NCBI GenBank assembly: GCA_963664295.1
Contig: OY760935.1
Coordinates: forward strand, 768,001-832,000
DNA from: Candidatus Altimarinota bacterium
GTDB taxonomy: Bacteria > Patescibacteriota > Gracilibacteria > CAIRYL01 > GCA-016699755
Reading direction: 5' to 3'
Length of the DNA stretch: 64,000 bases
Shown: piece after piece, positions 8,875 through 17,525 of the stretch
How positions within the stretch are numbered: the first letter of the stretch is position 1
Layout of the letters: every line of letters starts with the position of its first letter
Position numbers and translations under genes: made by a program
Notes under the pieces: generated by a model
Told to the model about the DNA's origin: nothing
Databases searched by the model: none
Seen by the model: the letters and a program-made list of their open reading frames with translations, nothing else

Positions 8875-10671
8875 ATGATAATTCAGCCTTTCAAAAAACC
8901 AAGCTTTGCAAGCATAAAACTTCCCGGTTCAAAGTCTATAACTAACCGGGTTTATTTATATTCTGCATTAGCACAGGGAACAACAGAATTAAATAATGTT
9001 CTTGAAAGTGAAGACACAGAGATAATGCGCACTGCCTTAGAACAATTTGATATAAATATCGAAAATAATAAAGTTCACGGAAAAGGCGGAAAATTCACAA
9101 AAAAAGGTGACCTAGAAATATATTGTGGCAATGCTGGCACAGCTACCCGCTTTCTCATAGCAATAGCAGGATTAAGAAAAGGTACAACAATTTTTAAAGG
9201 CAAAGAAAGAATGCACTCAAGGCCAATAGAGCCACTATTGCAATCTTTAAGAGATTTAGGAGTAAAAGCAGAAAGCATTAACAATAATAATTGTCCACCA
9301 GTAAAAATCATTGGCACAGGCAAAATAAAAGGAGGTAAAACAAAAATGCGTGGAGACCTTTCCAGTCAATTTTTTTCTGCACTTCTAGCCCTTGCGCCAC
9401 TGTGTGAAAATCCAGTAGAAATTGAAATTGAAGAAAAACTAGTTTCCAAGCCATATCTTGAAATGACTATTGCTCTTTTAAAAAAATTTGGTATTCAAGT
9501 TGATTTCAGTGGACAATTTCTCAAAATAAAACCACAAAAATATATTTCACCAAAAAAATTTGAAATAGAAGGAGATGCCTCATCAGCAAGCCACTTGCTT
9601 AGTATAACCACAGCAGTAGGAGGTTATCTCGAGGTTTATCCATTGCCCGCAGATTCAGTTCAAGGTGATGCAAAATTCTGCACTGTCCTAGAAAAAATGG
9701 GTGCAAAATATGAACAAAAAGAAAATAAATTAATTTTAATTCGCAATCCCGAAAAATACTTAAAACCATTAGTAGAAATTAACCTTGAAAACATGCCTGA
9801 TGCAGCCATGAACGCAGTGGTATTATCCACATTAGCCAGTGGAGAATCGACAATTAAAGGCTTATCCACGCTTCGCCACAAAGAAACAGATAGAATAAGT
9901 GCATTAACAACAGAATTAAAAAAACTAGGAGCAATTGCGGAAAAAGGAGACGACTTTATAAGCATAAAAGGAGGAAAAGAACTAAACGGAGCAGAAATAG
10001 AAACCTACGACGACCATAGAATGGCAATGTGCTTTGCCGTATTAGGAGCAAAAATAAAAAATATAGATATAAAAGATCCAGATTGTGTTAAAAAAACTTT
10101 CCCCAATTTCTGGAAAGTTTTTGAAAAAATGAAACCCAAAAAAAACATAGTATTAAGCGGAATGCGCTGTTCAGGTAAGACAGAACTAGGAAAAAGACTA
10201 GCCAAAACTTGGGAATGGGATTTTTTTGACACGGACCAATATATAGAAGAAAAAGCAGGCAAAACAATTAACGAAATTGTTGCAGAAAATGGCTGGGATT
10301 ATTTCCGCGAACTCGAACACATTGCCTGTAAAAAAGCCAGTGAAATGAGCAATACAGTAATTGCTCTCGGCGGAGGCGCAATCACCTTTCCAAAAAACCA
10401 AGAATTACTAAAAAACTCCCTCAAAATATTCTTACAAATGCCATTAGAAATACTTTGTGATCGCATAGCAAAAACAAGCGATAGGCCATCATTAACCGGT
10501 CAATCACACATTGAAGAAATGGAAAAAATCTGGGACGAACGCAAAAAAATCTACTTAGAAACAGCAGATTTAGTAATAAAATTCAATAATAACGATATTG
10601 AAGACAATGCAAATAATCTATTGACAAAATTGGAAACTTTGTATAAGATAATATCCTTTGCCAAGAGCTAA
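8875..10671 (+). CDS. aroA: Bifunctional EPSP synthase / shikimate kinase (AroA-AroK fusion)
   Basis: PGSKSITNR, GNAGTATRFL, SSQF, LRHKETDRI, DHRMAM, KTFPNF, then a P-loop SGMRCSGKT with FRELE and GGGA. Confidence 0.95.
   Translation: MIIQPFKKPSFASIKLPGSKSITNRVYLYSALAQGTTELNNVLESEDTEIMRTALEQFDINIENNKVHGKGGKFTKKGDLEIYCGNAGTATRFLIAIAGLRKGTTIFKGKERMHSRPIEPLLQSLRDLGVKAESINNNNCPPVKIIGTGKIKGGKTKMRGDLSSQFFSALLALAPLCENPVEIEIEEKLVSKPYLEMTIALLKKFGIQVDFSGQFLKIKPQKYISPKKFEIEGDASSASHLLSITTAVGGYLEVYPLPADSVQGDAKFCTVLEKMGAKYEQKENKLILIRNPEKYLKPLVEINLENMPDAAMNAVVLSTLASGESTIKGLSTLRHKETDRISALTTELKKLGAIAEKGDDFISIKGGKELNGAEIETYDDHRMAMCFAVLGAKIKNIDIKDPDCVKKTFPNFWKVFEKMKPKKNIVLSGMRCSGKTELGKRLAKTWEWDFFDTDQYIEEKAGKTINEIVAENGWDYFRELEHIACKKASEMSNTVIALGGGAITFPKNQELLKNSLKIFLQMPLEILCDRIAKTSDRPSLTGQSHIEEMEKIWDERKKIYLETADLVIKFNNNDIEDNANNLLTKLETLYKIISFAKS
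10621..10649 (+). promoter_or_regulatory. Sigma70-type promoter inside the 3' end of aroA-aroK
   Basis: TTGACA (10621-10626)-N17-TAAGAT (10644-10649); predicted start ~10656 coincides with the first helix of the downstream structured element. Confidence 0.6.
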
Positions 10672-11140
10672 TAATGTAAGTCAGTTAAATCAAACATTTG
10701 TTTTGGCAAAGAATTGGGCAAGAGACGGGGAATTTTTCACCTGCTCACTCAACAAATCATTGGTGTAGCAGAGGTGTCCCCCCGTCTCAACGATACTCAT
10801 TACGATCATCAAAGGGACAAATCGAATGAGCTAGGTGCAAAATCGTCGACTCGGCGAAAATGCATCAGCTCCCTACCGTTCTTTGGCATATCTGTAAACC
10901 GGAATGCCAGCGGTATTTTTTGTTTTTATTTTTTTTGGACCTGCTATACGCAAGGTTAAAAACAATTTTTTTATTTTTGTTTTTTTTGTTCACCTCACAA
11001 GGAGGCTACTTTTTAATGGTGTCGGCCAGAGTCGAGTGGCCATCAAAAAGTAGGGAGGAAGAGAGCTTGAATATTTTTATGTTTCAATTAAGATTAATTT
11101 GGTTTCAAGCCCCAATTCCTAACTACCATTTCCGTCTCTG
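10656..11140 (+). ncRNA. Unassigned large structured non-coding RNA candidate
   Basis: At least eight stem-loops plus long-range pairings; G-U wobbles favour the + strand; GC-rich stems in an AT-rich genome; no credible ORF. Confidence 0.65.
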
Positions 11141-11242
11141 TCAAAGATCAAGTTATCAGATAATTTTATCAAAAATTTTCTCATCAGTCAATCACTTCCT
11201 TTTTCTTAACGTTTCATACTATAATACTATAATTTAAAATAA

Positions 11243-11833
11243 ATGTCAAATCTAAAAGGTAAATTATTTTTACTCATCGGACCCTCTGGAGTAGGCAAAG
11301 GCACAATAATAAAAAACCTCAAAAAACAGCATAAAAACTGGGTATTTCCGGTTTCCGTCACAACTCGCAAAAAAAGACCCGGCGAAAAAGAAGGCAAAAC
11401 TTATTATTTTTACAGCAAAGAAAAATTCGAAAAACAAAAAAAAGAAGGAGCTTTCCTGGAGTGGGCATGTGTACATGGCAAAAATTATTATGGTCTCCTC
11501 AAAAAAACAGTTTTTGATGCACTAAAAAAAGGCAAAGTTGTCTTTCGTGAAATAGATATACAAGGATTTGAAAGCGTGCGCGAAATCGTACCAAAAGAAA
11601 ACTTAGTATCAATTTTTCTTTTACCGCCAAGCCTAGAATTGCTAGAAAAAAGAATTCGAGAAAGATCACCACTAACAGACGAAGAAGTAGCCAATAGATT
11701 AAAAAGCGCAAAAAAAGAAATATCCTTAGCAAAAGAGTGTACTTATCAGGTACAAACAGTGAACCTAGAAATCGAAAAAGGTGTAAAAGACATAGAAAAT
11801 ATTGTTTTTAGTGAACTTGCTGACAAAAGCTGA
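11243..11833 (+). CDS. gmk: Guanylate kinase
   Basis: GPSGVGKGT, SVTTRKKRPGEKEGKTYYF, FLEWA, EIDIQG. Confidence 0.97.
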   Translation: MSNLKGKLFLLIGPSGVGKGTIIKNLKKQHKNWVFPVSVTTRKKRPGEKEGKTYYFYSKEKFEKQKKEGAFLEWACVHGKNYYGLLKKTVFDALKKGKVVFREIDIQGFESVREIVPKENLVSIFLLPPSLELLEKRIRERSPLTDEEVANRLKSAKKEISLAKECTYQVQTVNLEIEKGVKDIENIVFSELADKS

Positions 11834-11866
11834 TTTTGCTAAGCTATTGCTTGTTCTAAAAAATAA

Positions 11867-11941
11867 TGCCCGGTAGCCAAGCGGTAAGGCAGGGGACTCT
11901 GAATCCTCTATGCGTAGGTTCGAATCCTACCCGGGCAGCCA
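11867..11941 (+). tRNA. tRNA-Gln(CUG)
   Basis: TGCCCGGTAGCCAAGCGGTAAGGCAGGGGACTCTGAATCCTCTATGCGTAGGTTCGAATCCTACCCGGGCAGCCA; anticodon CTG, encoded CCA. Confidence 0.97.
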
Positions 11942-11950
11942 TTTAAAAAC

Positions 11951-11977
11951 AGTTGTCACAAAGTGACAATTTTTTTA
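11951..11977 (+). terminator. Intrinsic terminator after tRNA-Gln
   Basis: TTGTCAC-AAA-GTGACAA followed by a T run. Confidence 0.7.
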
Positions 11978-11989
11978 AATTATTGTTTA

Positions 11990-12125
11990 GGTAGGATCGA
12001 GAACCTGGTTCGACACTCAAGCGAGCGAGAGAATTTGCGCTTGTGCAAAATTCCGAGCAAGCGCAGAAGGCCTTGTTTTTGAGGAGCAAAGCTCCGAAAA
12101 AATGAGCATCCTACCCGGGCAGCCA
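11990..12125 (+). repeat. Palindromic mini-element ending in an 18-bp duplicate of the tRNA-Gln 3' end
   Basis: ATCCTACCCGGGCAGCCA at 11924-11941 and 12108-12125; GGTAGGAT (11990-11997) is the reverse complement of 12108-12115; internal hairpins. Confidence 0.8.
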
Positions 12126-12186
12126 GTTGCTTAGCGATAATTACAAAATTATCGTCTTTTTTGTCAAAAAACAGTAAATTATAAAT

Positions 12187-13038
12187 ATGAAAATATTACT
12201 TAAAATCACTATTTTCTACTTGTTTATGGTAAGCTTTCTGTCAAGCACTATGGCAACAGCCGGCTGGGCAGAATGGTCTTATGATTTTGAATATAATAAT
12301 TTTATTGAACTTAACAAATGGGTACCTGACGATGAATGCAAAAACTGTTTTCATATAATATCAAAAAGCAATCGCTATCAAGAAAGAACTATAAAACCAC
12401 TAAAAAAAATAAGCATACCTAAAAATAATAATGAGCCATTGCTTATAGCACAAACAATAGATGATATTTGGCATATATATAACTCTCAAAAAAACGAAGT
12501 TATTTTAAGTGGAAACAAAAAGGACATTCTACAAAAATGGCAAGGATTAGGTTTTCAAAAACCAAAATTTATTAATGATGATTTATCAGATGTATTTAGC
12601 GAAACGCATTACTCTAAAGCGCAAAACGAAAAGCATGATCAACTTTTACTAATACTAAGTTTATATATGATACTTCCTGTTTTATTACCTATATCAATTG
12701 CTATTTTTTTATGGATATTTTTTTGCTTGGCATTAAAATTTAAAATTATTAATAACAAACTAAATTATAAATATTTTTTAATCTATCCTCAATTTATAAT
12801 GTTTTTTGAGGGCTTAGTATTAAAAAAATGGCTCAATGACTCTTTTAATATAAACACAGCTAACATTTTTATCGACTATTGGATCTGTTTCTTGCCTTTT
12901 ATAATTTTCCCGCTAATTTTGTTAATCAGTAAAATTAATAAAAAACAAATCAATAAAATTAATCTTTGGGAATTTTTTCTATTTTATCCTGCCACAACAG
13001 GTTTTTATTTCTATTTTCTATTTTTTGTACTACTATAA
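12187..13038 (+). CDS. Hypothetical membrane protein (signal peptide, exported domain, about four TM helices)
   Basis: 283-aa ORF with hydrophobic C-terminal half; lower GC than neighbours. Confidence 0.7.
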   Translation: MKILLKITIFYLFMVSFLSSTMATAGWAEWSYDFEYNNFIELNKWVPDDECKNCFHIISKSNRYQERTIKPLKKISIPKNNNEPLLIAQTIDDIWHIYNSQKNEVILSGNKKDILQKWQGLGFQKPKFINDDLSDVFSETHYSKAQNEKHDQLLLILSLYMILPVLLPISIAIFLWIFFCLALKFKIINNKLNYKYFLIYPQFIMFFEGLVLKKWLNDSFNINTANIFIDYWICFLPFIIFPLILLISKINKKQINKINLWEFFLFYPATTGFYFYFLFFVLL

Positions 13039-13043
13039 GCCCC

Positions 13044-13790
13044 ATGAACATAACAATAAAAACACCGGAAGAAATTCAAATCATGCGTGAAGGTGGCAAA
13101 ATCCTTGCCACAATCTTAAAAACACTCAAAAAAGAAGTTAAAGAAGGAATAAGCACAGCAGAACTCAATCAAATTGCACTCAATATGTGTGCGCAATATA
13201 ATGTTCAACCTAGTTTTTTAGGATATGGAGGATTTCCTGGTGCAATTTGCGCCAGCGTAAATGAAGAAATAGTTCATGGAATTCCTTCAGATAAAAAACT
13301 AAAAAAAGGCGATTTAATTAGCATCGATTTTGGTGTATATCATAAAGGACTACACACAGACTCCTGCATTACTGTACCAGTTGGTGAGATTTCTCCACAA
13401 AAACAAAAATTATTAAAAGTCACAAAAGAAGCTCTAAATAATGCCATTTCCCTAGTTCGCGATGGCGTTCAGCTTGGTGATATTTCTAATATTATCCAAG
13501 AAACTGCGGAAAAAAATGGCTTTAATATAGTAAAAAACCTGACTGGACATGGTATAGGTGAAAATCTCCACGAAGAACCTCAAGTTCTTAATTTTGGCAA
13601 AAAAGGCACAGGAATAGTTTTAAAAAAAGGCATGACCATTGCAATTGAGCCAATTATTACTATTGGAAGCCCAAAAAACTACACCCTGAGTGACGATTGG
13701 ACCATTGTCACAGAAGACGGGTCGCTATCTGGTCATTTTGAACACACAATGGCAGTCACTCAAAACGGCGCTGATATACTGACAACCTAA
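13044..13790 (+). CDS. map: Methionine aminopeptidase, type I
   Basis: SVNEEIVHGIP, DLISIDFG, GHGIG, HEEP, AIEP, HFEHT; ATG at 13044 preferred to the track start 12966. Confidence 0.97.
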   Translation: MNITIKTPEEIQIMREGGKILATILKTLKKEVKEGISTAELNQIALNMCAQYNVQPSFLGYGGFPGAICASVNEEIVHGIPSDKKLKKGDLISIDFGVYHKGLHTDSCITVPVGEISPQKQKLLKVTKEALNNAISLVRDGVQLGDISNIIQETAEKNGFNIVKNLTGHGIGENLHEEPQVLNFGKKGTGIVLKKGMTIAIEPIITIGSPKNYTLSDDWTIVTEDGSLSGHFEHTMAVTQNGADILTT

Positions 13791-14725
13791 AAACTAAGTC
13801 GATAAGCCTGATCTCCCTCTAAAAGCAACAAAATGCTATCCTCGCTTTCGCAATTTATTTGTAAAAGAGGTTTGTTGATTGAAAAATCAATTATTTGTGT
13901 TTTGTCTACCAAATCATCGACACTTATTTGATAAAAAGCGTTATTTTCCACAATAAAAAAACTTTTTTTATTATCTACAACACAAATTGAATTTAAATCT
14001 GTATCAAAATTAAACTCTTGAAAGTCTTCATCGTTTTTTCTAAACAAAATTCCACCTTCAGCCTGTACAAACAAAAAATTCTTATCAAAATAAACTTCTT
14101 TTATCTGCTTTCCTGCCAATAATTGATATTTTCTTTTTCTTTTTATGTCAACTTCAAAAAGTTGATTATCCGCTACAACAAATGCTTTATTGCCAGCAGG
14201 ATAAATATCTGCCTTTTCTATTCCCTCAAATTGAGATACAAATTCACGCTTTCCGTTTACGCCTAAAAAATAAAACTTATTATCTTCTCGGCTCAAAACA
14301 AAAACATTACCAACTTCATCAACAGCATAAAAATCTTCAACAGAAAAAGAAGAAATTGGCGTTAAATTTTCTTTAAAAACTGCTGGCACTTGTTCAAGCT
14401 GATCCAAAGAGGGTATTTTTTTAGGCTTAACAAGAACTACTTTGTGTTGACCTAATGTAGCATTTACCTCTGCAGAAGTTTGAAAAAATCCTTCTTTATT
14501 AATTCGCACAATATATTTATCTGGAGGTAAAGAAAATTCGCAATTTTCTTTTTCACATTGCAAACGAGCATGACCAACAAAATCTGCCTCAAAAGGAGCT
14601 TTAATGCCCTCAAAAGAAACAAAGCCTTTATTTAACCAAACTCTAAAAATCAACAAGCCAATTAAAACTATTGACGCAAGTAATAAAAACTTTTTGTTCT
14701 GAAATAAATTAGCTAGAAAGTTCAT
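13787..14725 (-). CDS. Membrane-anchored exported protein with PEGA-like domain
   Basis: N-terminal TM helix; LPPDKYIVRINKEGF is PEGA-like; beta-rich C-terminus. Confidence 0.6.
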   Translation of the reverse strand: MNFLANLFQNKKFLLLASIVLIGLLIFRVWLNKGFVSFEGIKAPFEADFVGHARLQCEKENCEFSLPPDKYIVRINKEGFFQTSAEVNATLGQHKVVLVKPKKIPSLDQLEQVPAVFKENLTPISSFSVEDFYAVDEVGNVFVLSREDNKFYFLGVNGKREFVSQFEGIEKADIYPAGNKAFVVADNQLFEVDIKRKRKYQLLAGKQIKEVYFDKNFLFVQAEGGILFRKNDEDFQEFNFDTDLNSICVVDNKKSFFIVENNAFYQISVDDLVDKTQIIDFSINKPLLQINCESEDSILLLLEGDQAYRLSF

Positions 14726-14743
14726 AAGCTAATTATACATAAA

Positions 14744-15081
14744 AATCGGCGCCGTATAAGCCGAATTCTGTCGAGGGCAATCATCTATCTAGACATATTG
14801 TTGCCAATATGTTCCAGCAGCGGGCGAATTTATAAACCCAAAGCAAGGTTAAATTATAAATTCCCCATCCCGCCTTGCACACAAGTGGGGTTTACCAAGA
14901 CTTCTTTGTCGCCAAAGATCTCCCCGAAAACTAAGGGGCGTTTCATATTTCTCGTCTCTGCGGCACTTTCCGTACCTGAATCTTATTAGGTTTTCAGGTC
15001 ATTTCCGTTAGAAATCACTTTTGCTTTTGTGTGTTCGGACTTTCCTCCTCGCAAGCGAGGCGATTGCCACGGCGCCAATTT
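14744..15081 (-). ncRNA. rnpB: RNase P RNA
   Basis: Minus strand GAGGAAAGTCCGAAC near the 5' end and ACAGAATTCGGCTTA near the 3' end; terminal helix GGCGCCGT/ACGGCGCC. Confidence 0.96.
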
Positions 15082-15450
15082 TCAAAGAGCTCATATATTA
15101 TTCATAAAAAAATATATTTTGTAAAGAGTTAGCAAAATTAATTGAGCAACTATAGAAATTAAAGTATTAGTTTAATAAAGGAAAGGTTTTTAGCAGAATG
15201 CGAGGAGAACGGTGCGAAAAGTGGAGTGGGCGAATTAAATCAATGAGCACACGGAACAAAAAGCATGATTTTTAAAGAAAAAAGCTTTAGTTTTTTCAAA
15301 AAAACCAAGTCCGACCCATTCGAGTTTCTTTTTGCTTACAAAAAGAAAAGATAGAAAAATAAAAATAGTTCAAAACAATGATGATCAATAAAAACAACCT
15401 TGAACAATCCCTCTCAAAAAGGCAAAATTACATATATATTAAAAACTCAC

Positions 15451-16770
15451 ATGCAAATCGAAAACGTGAATTTAAAACCAAACTTTTGGGATAAAATAAA
15501 TAATTTTCCAGAAAAAATTTTCATAGTACTAATCGCCACAAAACCAGACATAATCAAACAAGCACCGCTATATCTTGAGCTAAAAAAAAGAGGAATGGCA
15601 GTCTTACTAGGGCACACAGGACAACATTATGACTTCAATCTCTCTGGCGGAATGCTTGAAGAATTCGGGATTGAAGCTGATTTTAATCTTAATATTCGTG
15701 GATCATTGCATCAAAAAACTTCACAAATTATCTCTCGCCTGGGTGACTTATTAGCAGAATTAAAAAAAACAGGAAAAACACCAATTCCTATTGTACACGG
15801 AGACACAACTACTGCCTCAGCCTCTAGTAATGCCTCTTGGTGCAACTGCCTTGCTGTTGTGCACAATGAAGCAGGAATTCGCACCCTAACACCAAAAAAA
15901 GAATTCTTTCATGAATTACTAGAAAAAAAAGATATCAATAAATGGTTCGAAGTCATGAAAAATCGTAATAATTTTCAAAGAGGTTCAACCGAACCAACAC
16001 CAGAACAATTCAACACTCGCATAACAGAGCCAGCAACTGGAATTTACCTAGTTCCTCATGAACTAGATAAAGAATTTTTATTAAAAGAAGGTTATCCAGA
16101 AGATCGCATGTTTACAGTGGGTAATTCTGTTGTTGATGCAACTCGTCAAGCACTAAAAGAAAGCGAGAAATCAGATATTTTTGAGCAATATCCTGCCCTA
16201 AAAAAAGGCTGTATTCGTTTTTGTATTCACCGCAGAGAAAATTGTGAAAATGAAAAACGCTTCAAAGCAATATTTAAAGCAATAAAAACCATGGTCGAAA
16301 GCGGAGAAACAGTGCTTTTAATATCACTCTTCGCAACAGAAAGCGCAATTGACAATTTTGGATTAAGAGAAGAAATAGAAGAGCTTAAGAAAAAAGAAAA
16401 CTTTATCTACTCCCCTGTTTGGCCTTATTATCGTGATGTTATCAAAGCAATGAGCTATGCCAAAGTCTGTGCAACTGATTCTGGAAGTATGCAAGAAGAA
16501 ATGAATGAATTAGGCGTACCATGCGTCACTCTTCGCTTTGGATCAGATCGTCCAGAAACATTTTTTGCAGGCAGTAATGTAATCGCTCCACCAATAAATG
16601 GAGACTTGATCGCAGATATAATCAAAAAAGTAATCAATGAAAATTTATTAAAAAACGCACCAAAAATATATGGTGAAAATGTATCTGAAAAGTGCGCAGA
16701 AGTGCTTCAAAAAATCACAAAAAAAGAAAATATCTTAAGAACAGAAGAAGAAAGACTTGAAATCACATGA
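15451..16770 (+). CDS. wecB: UDP-N-acetylglucosamine 2-epimerase (non-hydrolysing family)
   Basis: ATKPDIIK, HTGQHYD, VHGDT, HNEAGIR, HRREN, TDSGSMQEE, DRPE; ATG at 15451. Confidence 0.9.
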   Translation: MQIENVNLKPNFWDKINNFPEKIFIVLIATKPDIIKQAPLYLELKKRGMAVLLGHTGQHYDFNLSGGMLEEFGIEADFNLNIRGSLHQKTSQIISRLGDLLAELKKTGKTPIPIVHGDTTTASASSNASWCNCLAVVHNEAGIRTLTPKKEFFHELLEKKDINKWFEVMKNRNNFQRGSTEPTPEQFNTRITEPATGIYLVPHELDKEFLLKEGYPEDRMFTVGNSVVDATRQALKESEKSDIFEQYPALKKGCIRFCIHRRENCENEKRFKAIFKAIKTMVESGETVLLISLFATESAIDNFGLREEIEELKKKENFIYSPVWPYYRDVIKAMSYAKVCATDSGSMQEEMNELGVPCVTLRFGSDRPETFFAGSNVIAPPINGDLIADIIKKVINENLLKNAPKIYGENVSEKCAEVLQKITKKENILRTEEERLEIT

Positions 16771-17402
16771 AAGCAGTAATTTTTGATATGGACGGCGTAC
16801 TAATCGACTCAGAAAAAATCTGGGCAATCCATGAGGTTGAATTTGTAAACACAATAGCCCCAGGCTTTTCCAGCAAAGATCACAGCAAAATAACAGGCAA
16901 AAGTCCCACAGGAACTTATGCTTATTTAAAAGAAAAATATAACTTAAAACTCACAAAAGAAGAATTTTTAGAAATTTATAAAAATTTTGCCCTAGAAAAA
17001 GTCTATCCATTTAGTAAAATCTCTCCCCATGCACTCGAATTCATTAAATATCTTCAAACAAAACAAATTCCAATGGCAATAGCCAGTTCTTCAATCCAAG
17101 CTTGGATTGATTATATTGTTAATAAATACGAATTAAAAAAATATTTTCAAGCAATAGTAAGTGCAGATCACATCGGTGGAATAGGCAAGCCAGCTCCAGA
17201 TATTTTTCTATACACTGCTAGGCAATTAAACATAAAACCAAAAAATTGCCTTGTTTTAGAAGATTCTGAAAATGGCGTAATTGCAGGAAAAAACGCAGGT
17301 ATGACAACCTATGGCTACAAAAATGGCTATAACGAAAAGCAAGATCTTTCTCAAGCTGATAAAATTTTTACTAATTTTTTAGAACTTAAAAAAATATTCT
17401 AA
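16767..17402 (+). CDS. HAD-superfamily phosphatase (beta-PGM/CbbY-like)
   Basis: IFDMDGVLIDSE, GKPAPDIF, LEDSENG; ATGA overlap with wecB. Confidence 0.92.
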   Translation: MKAVIFDMDGVLIDSEKIWAIHEVEFVNTIAPGFSSKDHSKITGKSPTGTYAYLKEKYNLKLTKEEFLEIYKNFALEKVYPFSKISPHALEFIKYLQTKQIPMAIASSSIQAWIDYIVNKYELKKYFQAIVSADHIGGIGKPAPDIFLYTARQLNIKPKNCLVLEDSENGVIAGKNAGMTTYGYKNGYNEKQDLSQADKIFTNFLELKKIF

Positions 17403-17405
17403 GTT

Positions 17406-17513
17406 TTAATTAAGAAAAACAGTCAAACTCGGCAAAAGAGCAATGCCAATAAGAGAAAGTGTGGCAAGAATAGCTAAGCTAATGACAAAAATTCTTTGTG
17501 TTTTTTTCTTCAT
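17406..17513 (-). CDS. Small single-TM membrane protein (35 aa)
   Basis: Manual translation MKKKTQRIFVISLAILATLSLIGIALLPSLTVFLN*; begins 12 bp after the PKD gene stop and fills the gap. Confidence 0.6.
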   Translation of the reverse strand: MKKKTQRIFVISLAILATLSLIGIALLPSLTVFLN

Positions 17514-17525
17514 AAATGATAAAAA

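Noticed and set aside
11097-11128. T-arm/CCA-like sequence (TTGGTTTCAAGCCCCAA...CTACCA) suggesting tmRNA or a tRNA-like end
   Set aside because: T-stem has a mismatch, spacing to ACCA is wrong, there is no matching GGGG acceptor 5' strand and no tag reading frame ending in Ala-Ala; a covariance search should still confirm
10714-11237. ORFs 10714-10959 and 10860-11237
   Set aside because: Low-complexity Phe-rich translations of U tracts with no recognisable motif; the region is better explained by RNA structure
14798-14989. 63-aa ORF
   Set aside because: Lies antisense within the RNase P RNA gene
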